Shown here in pieces: positions 35,036 to 42,674 of a stretch of 64,000 nucleotides of DNA (within the stretch, counting starts at the first letter, position 1; each line of letters starts with the position of its first letter). Origin of the DNA: an uncultured virus (IMG/VR IMGVR_UViG_3300025398_000011) (Duplodnaviria > Heunggongvirae > Uroviricota > Caudoviricetes); the IMG/VR virus record IMGVR_UViG_3300025398_000011, one strand, 5' to 3'. A program made the translations under genes and the position numbers. The notes under the pieces are model-generated. The model ran no database searches, had not been told where the DNA came from, and saw only the letters and a program-made list of their open reading frames with translations.

Positions 35036-36715
35036 ATGATTAAAAAAGCTAGCAGACTTAATACGTTAAACAGAAATAAGTACAGAAACGCGGACGCTGG
35101 AAACGTTACTATTCCGGATGTTCCAGACAGACCTACAAACGTAGTTGCTGTAGACGTAGGAACTAACCGCCCATTTAATAATGGAGCGGCTACAGTGTCA
35201 TTTACCCCAGCAGCAACTGGCGGAGCTGCAACCACATTTACTGTTACCTCTAACCCAGGTTCATACACAGGAACGGGTTCATCCAGCCCCGTAACTGTTA
35301 CGGGGTTGCAATCAGGAACTGCGTACACCTATACAGTAGTTGCCTCTAATTCTACTGGTTCGTCCACATCATCAATAGCAAGTCAAGCTACTACGGCTAC
35401 AACAGTACCATCAACACCAACTATTGGCGTAGCATCTTTTAATTCTGGACAGCCTTACGCGTCTACGGCAACAGTATTAGTTTCTTATACAGTCTCCTCA
35501 AGTTCTGGTGGGAAAACTATCACTAGTTACAAAGCAACTTCTTCTTCTAGTGCAGCGGGGTCTGGAACGGCAAACCCGCTTTCTGTATCCGATGTAACTG
35601 GGTCTTCTCAAACTTATACGGTTACCGCTACAAACGTTAACGGCTCTTCAGTGGCCTCTAGCGCATCTAACGCAATCATTCCAGCCACTGTGCCGCAGGC
35701 GCCAACAATAGGCACGGTAACGTCTCCGGACGCTACTCATATTTCTGTGCCGTATACACCGGGCAATACGGGAGGTAATTCCATCACTGGTTATGCTATT
35801 ACCCCAACACCCGCTATATCTCTAACGTTAACCTCTGCGGCAACGGCTAATCCTCTAACTTACTCAGCCTCTTTTGCGGCAAATCAGGGTTATACCTTTA
35901 CGCTTGCGGCAGTAAACGCTCAGGGAACGTCTATTGCATCAACGGGGTCTAACTCAGTGACTCCTTATGTAGTCGTTACTCCGCCCCCACCTCCACCAGC
36001 ACCACCATCACCACCTGGGCCAACTTATTACAATCTTGCTTACCTAGCCGGTCAAGGCGGAGCTATAACAGGAGCAACTTCTCAAACGGTGGTGGTTGGG
36101 GGTAGCGGAACTGCGGTCACGGCAACTGCTTCTTCTGGGTATACGTTCTATAACTGGAGTGACGGCTCTACGGCTAACCCTAGAACCGATACTAACGTGC
36201 AGTCTAATATCATCGTTACTGCCAACTTCTCTCAAAATCCTATACCTGTTATTAGCAGTCTAACTACAAGCGCAACTTCCTCAAGCATAACCGCTAACTG
36301 GTCAAGCTCAACCGGATACTCTTCTTGGTCTATTGGTTCTACCAGTAGCTTGCCACTAGCCACGGGCAATGGAAGCCCAAACACCTATACGTGGACAGGT
36401 TTGGCCTCAAATTTCAGTTATACGGGAACACTTCGCCTATATAACGGGCTTAACCAAACTGGTCAATACGCGGCTCAGTCATTCCAACAAACTACTGCGA
36501 ATGTTACACCTCCACCTCCTCCTCCACCACCTACGCCAACACCTACGCCAACACCTACGCCAACACCTCCTCCTCCACCACCTCCACCACCTCCACCACC
36601 TCCACCACCTCCACCACCTCCACCACCTCCACCACCATGCCCAGACAACTACTCATGTGGCAATGACCCATGTCATTACTGTATCTACAGTGGCGGTAGA
36701 TGCGTAGGGTGCTAA
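35036..36715 (+). CDS. FN3-repeat protein with InlB-B-like repeat, poly-Pro tract and Cys-rich tip
   Basis: P..PT/YT.TV.A.N..G FN3 motifs; GYTF.NWSDG; P8-(TP)n-P24; CPDNYSCGNDPCHYCIYSGGRCVGC. Confidence 0.88.
   Translation: MIKKASRLNTLNRNKYRNADAGNVTIPDVPDRPTNVVAVDVGTNRPFNNGAATVSFTPAATGGAATTFTVTSNPGSYTGTGSSSPVTVTGLQSGTAYTYTVVASNSTGSSTSSIASQATTATTVPSTPTIGVASFNSGQPYASTATVLVSYTVSSSSGGKTITSYKATSSSSAAGSGTANPLSVSDVTGSSQTYTVTATNVNGSSVASSASNAIIPATVPQAPTIGTVTSPDATHISVPYTPGNTGGNSITGYAITPTPAISLTLTSAATANPLTYSASFAANQGYTFTLAAVNAQGTSIASTGSNSVTPYVVVTPPPPPPAPPSPPGPTYYNLAYLAGQGGAITGATSQTVVVGGSGTAVTATASSGYTFYNWSDGSTANPRTDTNVQSNIIVTANFSQNPIPVISSLTTSATSSSITANWSSSTGYSSWSIGSTSSLPLATGNGSPNTYTWTGLASNFSYTGTLRLYNGLNQTGQYAAQSFQQTTANVTPPPPPPPPTPTPTPTPTPTPPPPPPPPPPPPPPPPPPPPPPPPCPDNYSCGNDPCHYCIYSGGRCVGC
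36507..36637 (+). repeat. Poly-Pro/(Thr-Pro) coding repeat
   Basis: CCT-CCA-CCA units; 24 consecutive Pro codons at 36566-36637. Confidence 0.9.
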
Positions 36716-36725
36716 ACTATCAAGC

Positions 36726-36920
36726 ATGACTATACGAAAAATTGTCTTGCTCAACAATGAAAACGTGGTTGTACTTCCGATCACGTTTAACGACGAAAAT
36801 TTATTAGAGCAAGGCTACTTAGCGGGGTACCTCTCAAACCCAAAATTTGTAGAGGTGCCCGCCGACTCTCCTGCCGATATAGGTTGGTCGTTTATTAATG
36901 GAGAGGCAATTAAGATATAA
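36726..36920 (+). CDS. Small fibre-assembly-like protein
   Basis: EVP...ADIGWSF.NG; paralog of 37161. Confidence 0.6.
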   Translation: MTIRKIVLLNNENVVVLPITFNDENLLEQGYLAGYLSNPKFVEVPADSPADIGWSFINGEAIKI

Positions 36921-36922
36921 TA

Positions 36923-37159
36923 ATGAAAGAAAAAAGTGCTTGGCAAATATACAAAGAAAGCCTGGGAGAGACTAGACCTTGGGACTTTTTAAATCCAACT
37001 ACGGAGTACGCTTCTAAAGAAAAAGAAGATTCTAGGTATAATATATGCTTAGACTGCCCGCAGTTAGTGCCGGTAACTAAACAGTGCAAACTGTGCGGCT
37101 GTCTTATGGCCCTTAAAACTAAACTAGAAAAAGCAACTTGTCCGTTAGGTAAGTGGTGA
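36923..37159 (+). CDS. Cys-rich protein (DUF6171-like)
   Basis: R..IC..C......C..CGC....K......CP..KW. Confidence 0.8.
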   Translation: MKEKSAWQIYKESLGETRPWDFLNPTTEYASKEKEDSRYNICLDCPQLVPVTKQCKLCGCLMALKTKLEKATCPLGKW

Positions 37160-37160
37160 G

Positions 37161-37358
37161 ATGTCTTACAAAAAATACCTGTTAGTGGTTGACGAAGATG
37201 TTGTTGGGTCGCTTACCATACCTGGCGTTGAGAAGTTTAAACTTATACAAGAAGCTATTGTATCTGGCATAACTATCATGGAAGTTCCAGTAGACACAGA
37301 AGTAGCTATTGGATGGCAATATGACGGCACAACTTTCTATAGTAAAGAGGATAAGTAA
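37161..37358 (+). CDS. Small fibre-assembly-like protein
   Basis: EVP...VAIGWQYDG..F. Confidence 0.6.
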   Translation: MSYKKYLLVVDEDVVGSLTIPGVEKFKLIQEAIVSGITIMEVPVDTEVAIGWQYDGTTFYSKEDK

Positions 37359-37925
37359 ATGTTTAAAGGTAAACTTGTCGATAACTTTTTGTCCGAGTCG
37401 GAGTGCGCGTTTGTTATTGATACCGTGAATACTAAAGAAGTATGGGAAAGAAATGGTAATGAACACTGGGATAACCGAGCAGTCCACATTCAAAGCATAT
37501 ATACCAACTTTGGAAATGACCTAGGCGATCTTTTAAAGAACAAAACGTTATTAATTAAAAAGTATATTGAAGATGAATACCAGCTTACTCAAGAAGTGTA
37601 CCCGGATATTGTATCCGTTTGCAGGTGGTTTCCTGGAAACTCACAGGCCCCACATGCTGACGATATGAAACCTGCAAATATAGCAGGATTTGAGCACAGA
37701 GTATTTGGCTCAATTATCTATTTAAATACAGAGTTCTCTGGTGGCGTCACTTATTATCCGGATTACGGAATTGAGGTTACCCCAGAGGTAGGTAAGCTAG
37801 CCATTCATCCTGGAGACTCTGAGCACATGCACGGTGTCACAGAAGTTCAAGGCGGAATTCGCTACACAATAGCTTCTTTTTGGACTTACGAACGGAGCAG
37901 AGCCCTTGGCTGGTCCGTATCTTAA
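37359..37925 (+). CDS. 2OG-Fe(II) oxygenase, prolyl 4-hydroxylase-like
   Basis: HAD, IIYLN..F.GG, HGV..V..G.RY. Confidence 0.92.
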   Translation: MFKGKLVDNFLSESECAFVIDTVNTKEVWERNGNEHWDNRAVHIQSIYTNFGNDLGDLLKNKTLLIKKYIEDEYQLTQEVYPDIVSVCRWFPGNSQAPHADDMKPANIAGFEHRVFGSIIYLNTEFSGGVTYYPDYGIEVTPEVGKLAIHPGDSEHMHGVTEVQGGIRYTIASFWTYERSRALGWSVS

Positions 37926-38661
37926 TGATAAAGGTTATGAAGTACCTAACAACACTATTCTTATAGTTCCGCACCCAATTGGGGGAGACGGATTTTATAA
38001 AGAAGTAATCATGCCGCTTAAAGGTGAGCCCAAGAGAGATTGGTTTAGCCCACATTTCTACTACTGTATGCCGTTAAACATTGGCAACCAGTATGGCTTT
38101 GTTATTAAATCTACTAGAGACTTTGACATTGACTGGGCAGGTGGCGAAGAAGATATCACCATTAACTTCTTAGATGACGGCACGGATATAAAGCAAATAA
38201 TTAAAGGCGGGTTTCGACACGGAATATTAACCATTCAAAACCTTTTTGCAATAAAAACACCTCCAGGAATTAACATCATGACCATACAGCCGCCTAACAT
38301 GTTTATACCAGGAACTGTTGCTATGACTGGAGTGATTGAATGCGATCAAATCAGAAGAGATTTTACTTTTAATTTAAAACTTACTGTCCCAAATTACACA
38401 GTTAAAGTTCGTAAGGGGGATGCGCTAGGAGCGTTTATACCTATCCCTAGGTATTTTGTGGATAAGTTTGAGGTCAAACTTATAACAGACCTGTTTGACA
38501 CCGAACTTCACGTCAATGAGGTTGAAGAATCGATCGCTTTAGGTAAAGAACGAACTTCTTATGATCAAAAAAAACCTCACGGTTCTGGCAGAAGATACTT
38601 TAATGGAACCCATACAGATGGCAGTAAGTACCCCAACCACCAAAAACGACTGATACAATAA
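37906..38661 (+). CDS. DUF6065-like protein
   Basis: RDW....YYC.PL.IGNQYG; PPN; GVIE.D; G..L...IP.PR. Confidence 0.75.
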   Translation: MAGPYLNDKGYEVPNNTILIVPHPIGGDGFYKEVIMPLKGEPKRDWFSPHFYYCMPLNIGNQYGFVIKSTRDFDIDWAGGEEDITINFLDDGTDIKQIIKGGFRHGILTIQNLFAIKTPPGINIMTIQPPNMFIPGTVAMTGVIECDQIRRDFTFNLKLTVPNYTVKVRKGDALGAFIPIPRYFVDKFEVKLITDLFDTELHVNEVEESIALGKERTSYDQKKPHGSGRRYFNGTHTDGSKYPNHQKRLIQ

Positions 38662-38684
38662 AATACTTATTTAATTAAAAAGGG

Positions 38685-39134
38685 GTGGATACGGTGACAG
38701 ACGCTCATAAGAATAGGTTAAATCTCACGCTAGCAGTCTCTACCCCAGAGCATGAACCCCGTGAAAACGATCCCCACTACCACCTATTTAATAAGGCTAA
38801 ATCTCGTCTAAAAAAACAAGGGCTATGGAAGTGCGTTATTGATGACGACTTATGCTCAGGGACTCCGGAGCTTCATCACTCCCACATCGAGTTTTCTCAA
38901 GTAAACAATATGGACCTTAAAAAGGTTGAGGCGGCTTTTGGACTTCACTTTGAATCTGACGAAGACTTTCAAGTGTGGATTGAAAGCCCAGGAAACCTGG
39001 AGGTACTTTGCACAGCTCATCACAGGACTTTATATGGCATTCATGCGATCCCGGCCCCTCTTTGGGAGACTTTTCGCTACCGCAAAACTGGCACAGAAGC
39101 CGCCGCGGAACACCTTACAAAAGACAGTAAGTAA
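38685..39134 (+). CDS. HNH-like protein
   Basis: C....C...ELHH..IE...NL.VLC..HH. Confidence 0.55.
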   Translation: MDTVTDAHKNRLNLTLAVSTPEHEPRENDPHYHLFNKAKSRLKKQGLWKCVIDDDLCSGTPELHHSHIEFSQVNNMDLKKVEAAFGLHFESDEDFQVWIESPGNLEVLCTAHHRTLYGIHAIPAPLWETFRYRKTGTEAAAEHLTKDSK

Positions 39135-39148
39135 GGAATAATAAGAGT

Positions 39149-39679
39149 ATGCGTGGATATACACAAGAAGGTCGTTTTGACTCTAACTTTGAGTCTTTAA
39201 CTATTCGAGACGGTATCAATACCGAGCTCCGTAATCCCGTCGGTACTACGGCTCAATGGTGGTTTTTTGACTCTACAAGTACAACTACTGACCCAATATA
39301 TGACGTGGGTGATGGAATAACTACCTCTGGTGGCGGCCGCAAATGGTACGGGCCATACAAGATCCCTGTGGTAAGAGCGGTGATTTCTGCGGGTAGCGCT
39401 AAAACCTCTGAGGCGGGTTTTTACAAGGCTGATGAGCTGCACTTAACTATTAATATTGATGACCTACAGAACATAGACCCAACACTTGAAAGCCAGATTC
39501 AGGCCCTTGGCCAGCAGGATAAAAGCAGAGTTGTCTGGAAAGGTGAAGTATACAGGCCATATTTGGTACAGCAACGCGGTATTATTTCTGAACAGTATAC
39601 GTTGCTGGCTATTGACTGTATTCAGGTTATGCCTGAGGAGATGGTCAATGACCCACAATTTGCTAGCTACGCCAACTAA
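39149..39679 (+). CDS. Putative head closure/neck protein
   Basis: Position; DPIYDVG and E.VNDPQF motifs. Confidence 0.55.
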   Translation: MRGYTQEGRFDSNFESLTIRDGINTELRNPVGTTAQWWFFDSTSTTTDPIYDVGDGITTSGGGRKWYGPYKIPVVRAVISAGSAKTSEAGFYKADELHLTINIDDLQNIDPTLESQIQALGQQDKSRVVWKGEVYRPYLVQQRGIISEQYTLLAIDCIQVMPEEMVNDPQFASYAN

Positions 39680-39687
39680 GGAGACCC

Positions 39688-39996
39688 ATGGCACTCACAC
39701 ACTCGGTTATTACGCTTAATAGCTCAACGGCTACAGCGCTTAACACAGACGCCCTCGTTAACAACTCTATTGAAAAGCGTTTTGTTTGGGATAAGGCAAC
39801 AGTTTTTGTGCAAAATGTTGACCTTGTTGCAACGGTTTACCTTGGAGGTGCTGGCGTAACTTCTTCTTCATACGGACTTACGCTCTTGCCAGGAACCTCA
39901 GCTACTATTGACTCGCTTGGACCAACAGAGACTTTGTATGCTATTTCAAGCGCCTCTTCTTCTAACGTGGCTGTGCTTTTGGTGACAACCGCATGA
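39688..39996 (+). CDS. Small beta-strand virion protein
   Basis: VQN.....VYLGG..V....G...LYA. Confidence 0.65.
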   Translation: MALTHSVITLNSSTATALNTDALVNNSIEKRFVWDKATVFVQNVDLVATVYLGGAGVTSSSYGLTLLPGTSATIDSLGPTETLYAISSASSSNVAVLLVTTA

Positions 39997-40496
39997 GCGT
40001 TAAAGTAAATACCCCGGTAGTGCCGGCCGCCATTCTTTACTACGGCAACTTTGCTTTAAGCACAAGCCAGGCTAGCGGAGGAACTACAGCGGATAACCTT
40101 GTTACTTGGGACACTACCAATATAAGCAAGGGCATGACCCTTAACACATCGGATAAAAGTAAAATTGTTTTTGCAAACCCAGGAACATACAACCTTAACT
40201 TTTTAGGTCAGTTTAACTTCACTGGCGGTACAAGTGATTATCACATCACAACTTGGTTCTCTAAAAACGGCGTTCAAGTTCCAGCCTCTGCTTTTACCTT
40301 TACCACAGCTAGCGCGCAGGGTTCACAGGTTTTAGCCAACATTGAATCCCCTATCTCTGTGCTGCCAAATGACTACATTCAATTTCACTGGTGGTCTGGC
40401 GCATCAGGAATGTCCCTTCTTGCTACAGCGGCAGGAACAAACCCAACTCGTCCAGCGTCTCCCTCCGCTAACCTAACTATCTATAACGTTGGATAA
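39993..40496 (+). CDS. C1q/BclA-C-like beta-sandwich protein
   Basis: I.F..PGTYN..F..QF and WF.KNG patterns. Confidence 0.6.
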   Translation: MSVKVNTPVVPAAILYYGNFALSTSQASGGTTADNLVTWDTTNISKGMTLNTSDKSKIVFANPGTYNLNFLGQFNFTGGTSDYHITTWFSKNGVQVPASAFTFTTASAQGSQVLANIESPISVLPNDYIQFHWWSGASGMSLLATAAGTNPTRPASPSANLTIYNVG

Positions 40497-40627
40497 TGCC
40501 ATTTAAGTCTAAACAACAAGAAAAGTGGATGTGGGCTACCCATCCTCAGATGGCGCGCCAATGGCAGAAGGAAACACCAAAAGGAAAACTACCCGAGAAG
40601 GTAAAGGATAAAAAAGATGGCAAATAA
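40496..40627 (+). CDS. Lys-rich mini-protein (MPFKS..Q type)
   Basis: MPFKSKQQEKWMWATHPQMARQWQKETPKGKLPEKVKDKKDGK; TAATG coupling. Confidence 0.75.
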   Translation: MPFKSKQQEKWMWATHPQMARQWQKETPKGKLPEKVKDKKDGK

Positions 40628-40718
40628 AGAACAAAAAGGAAACGCCAACCAGAAGAAAGAGCCAAAGATGACTCTTAAAGAGAAGCGCGCTGCAAAGCAA
40701 GCAAAGAAGGATAAATAA
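40617..40718 (+). CDS. Lys-rich mini-protein
   Basis: MANKEQKGNANQKKEPKMTLKEKRAAKQAKKDK. Confidence 0.65.
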   Translation: MANKEQKGNANQKKEPKMTLKEKRAAKQAKKDK

Positions 40719-40891
40719 TGGCTAAGGCAAAACTAGGTTCAGGAGCACGTTTTAAGGCTGTAGAGAAAGCCGCCGCTAAAGGTGGAGCAAAAGATCCAGC
40801 CGCAGTTGCCGCTGCAGCAGGCCGTAAGAAGTATGGTCAGAAGAAGATGACCAAGCTTGCTGTTAAGGGTAAGAAAGACGAGAAGAAGTAA
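40718..40891 (+). CDS. Lys/Ala-rich mini-protein
   Basis: MAKAKLGSGARF...GRKKYG; TAATG coupling. Confidence 0.75.
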   Translation: MAKAKLGSGARFKAVEKAAAKGGAKDPAAVAAAAGRKKYGQKKMTKLAVKGKKDEKK

Positions 40892-41061
40892 TGGTTAAAG
40901 AAAAACCTCTTTGGGATAAGAAAGACCCAGACGGTGGTAAGCATAGTAAACTAAGTAAGAGCCAGAAGGCCTCAGCCCGTGCTAAAGCCAAAGCCGCTGG
41001 TCGCCCATACCCAAATGCGGTTGACAACATCGCAGCCGCCCGTAAGAAAAAAGGTAAGTAA
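40891..41061 (+). CDS. Lys/Ala-rich mini-protein
   Basis: MVKEKPLWDKK...AGRPYPNAVDN; TAATG coupling. Confidence 0.75.
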   Translation: MVKEKPLWDKKDPDGGKHSKLSKSQKASARAKAKAAGRPYPNAVDNIAAARKKKGK

Positions 41062-41062
41062 T

Positions 41063-41221
41063 ATGTGCATGACTTGTGGATGCAAGAAGAAAAAGGGTGA
41101 AGCCGGATACGGCAAGGGAAAGAGCATGTCCCCTAAGCAGAAGAAGATTGCTTCAGCTGCTGCCCCAAAAGATAAGATCACTGGAGATGACTTCAAGGCT
41201 CTTAAGAAGAAGGGTAAGTAA
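41063..41221 (+). CDS. Lys-rich mini-protein with MCxxCGC
   Basis: True start likely ATG 41063; MSPKQKKIA..KITG.DF. Confidence 0.75.
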   Translation: MCMTCGCKKKKGEAGYGKGKSMSPKQKKIASAAAPKDKITGDDFKALKKKGK

Positions 41222-41223
41222 TT

Positions 41224-41442
41224 ATGTGCAAAGCATGTGGTTGCGGCTGCTCTAAGCCAAATTGTAAGGGCGCCTGCAAAAAGGCCGATAAGAAGCAGGA
41301 TGCCAAGCTTATGAAGGGCATGTCCCCTAAGCAGAAGGCGGCCTTTGAGAAGGCAGATAAGAAGATGGATAAGAAGAAGCCATCTGCTAAAGAAGATATG
41401 AAGATGGACAAGGCTTTGGCCAAGAAGGTCAAAAAGAAGTAA
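41224..41442 (+). CDS. Lys-rich mini-protein with MCxxCGCGC
   Basis: MCKACGCGCSKPNCKGAC; MSPKQK. Confidence 0.75.
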   Translation: MCKACGCGCSKPNCKGACKKADKKQDAKLMKGMSPKQKAAFEKADKKMDKKKPSAKEDMKMDKALAKKVKKK

Positions 41443-41448
41443 GCACTT

Positions 41449-41470
41449 AGCGCCCGCAAGGGCGCTTTTT
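41449..41470 (+). terminator. Intrinsic terminator
   Basis: AGCGCCC-GCAA-GGGCGCT followed by TTTT. Confidence 0.9.
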
Positions 41471-41546
41471 GCTTTACCCTTATAGTAATCCCGTGCGGGA
41501 TTAGATTCACCCTTGCGAAGTACACTGCCTCCTAAAGGAGATTACC

Positions 41547-41699
41547 ATGTCCGGTAAAAAGATTGATACAGCTTCTAGCACCGAGTTTGCTAAAGCCATT
41601 ATCAGCAATATACCTGAGGCTCGGGAAGACTTACTAAAGCAAATTGGTGACGTCTACTATGAGGCACAGGTATTTAAGAGTGTACTCAAGAAAAAATAA
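41547..41699 (+). CDS. Small hypothetical protein (not in the ORF track)
   Basis: AAGGAG SD; MSGKKIDTASSTEFAKAII... Confidence 0.65.
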   Translation: MSGKKIDTASSTEFAKAIISNIPEAREDLLKQIGDVYYEAQVFKSVLKKK

Positions 41700-42009
41700 C
41701 TTAGACGCTGTAGCGCGCAACATCTCTCAATCTTTGGCTCCTGTATTTACAGAAGATCTTCGTGAGCTAGCGCGACTATCTGGATGGCCTAGCCGTATAA
41801 TTGAAGGCATTTCTGTAGTTGCAAAAGAAGACACAACTTTAATTATTAGTTACCCCACAGATCTTAAAGAAGAGATTGAAGATCTAGAATACGGTCCGGA
41901 GTTTGGGATTGCTAACACCGCAATTCGGGCGTTCTTATACCGCTGCCACACAAAGCTTCAAAGCGCTCTATACACAGCTATACCTGGCTTGATTGCAGAG
42001 GTGCTCTAG
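41680..42009 (+). CDS. Putative neck/tail completion protein
   Basis: GWP and DLEYG motifs; likely GTG start at 41680. Confidence 0.6.
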   Translation: MYSRKNNLDAVARNISQSLAPVFTEDLRELARLSGWPSRIIEGISVVAKEDTTLIISYPTDLKEEIEDLEYGPEFGIANTAIRAFLYRCHTKLQSALYTAIPGLIAEVL

Positions 42010-42650
42010 TGGGTAACGGGTTTATTGTAGCCGAAGATCTGGCCCTTAAGACTCTTCTTAGTGGTATTACTGTTTCAGATGATGCTAACTCTAGTCGCCC
42101 AGTAAAAGTATGGTTTGGGTACCCAGATATTGAAATACGTGACCAGAGCTTTCCCTTTATAACTATTGACTTGATAGATATCCTTCAGGCACAAGAGCGC
42201 CAGACATCAGGTTACCTTATTGATAGCGATTACCAAGGAACTATTCCTGAACAATCTGGGTTTGGTTACTCATACAAGATACCTACCGCTTATGATCTTG
42301 TGTACCAGATCACATCTTACTCACGTAACCCGCGCCATGACCGCGCCATTATCTACCAACTACTAAATAAGTTTCCATCAAAGTATGGGTATCTAACAGT
42401 GCCTAATACATTGGGCACAGAGAGCAGCGTTCGTTCTATGTTCCTTGATGGATTTGTAAAAAGAGATGCGGTCCAGTCAGAGACTGGTAATCGTCGTCTT
42501 TTAAGAAACGTACTGTCAGTAAGAGTTGTAAGCGAGATGACACCTGAACAGGTAGCTGCTACCCCTCTTGTTGAATTTGTTGAAGTTAACGCTACTACCT
42601 CGTCCATCCCGTCTCATCTAATACCTGTACCACCAAACGTCCACTCGTAA
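42009..42650 (+). CDS. Tail terminator/sheath-stabiliser-like protein
   Basis: FPFITIDL, P..YDL.YQI; directly before the sheath. Confidence 0.7.
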   Translation: MGNGFIVAEDLALKTLLSGITVSDDANSSRPVKVWFGYPDIEIRDQSFPFITIDLIDILQAQERQTSGYLIDSDYQGTIPEQSGFGYSYKIPTAYDLVYQITSYSRNPRHDRAIIYQLLNKFPSKYGYLTVPNTLGTESSVRSMFLDGFVKRDAVQSETGNRRLLRNVLSVRVVSEMTPEQVAATPLVEFVEVNATTSSIPSHLIPVPPNVHS

Positions 42651-42674
42651 AATAACTAAGGAGATAAACTAATA

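Noticed and set aside
36369..36707. His/Leu-rich ORF (HHLHHL)
   Set aside because: Frame-shifted reading of the poly-Pro CCA/CCT repeat.
40979..41062. N-terminal extension of ORF 40979-41221
   Set aside because: Overlaps the coupled ORF 40891-41061; the true start is more likely ATG 41063.
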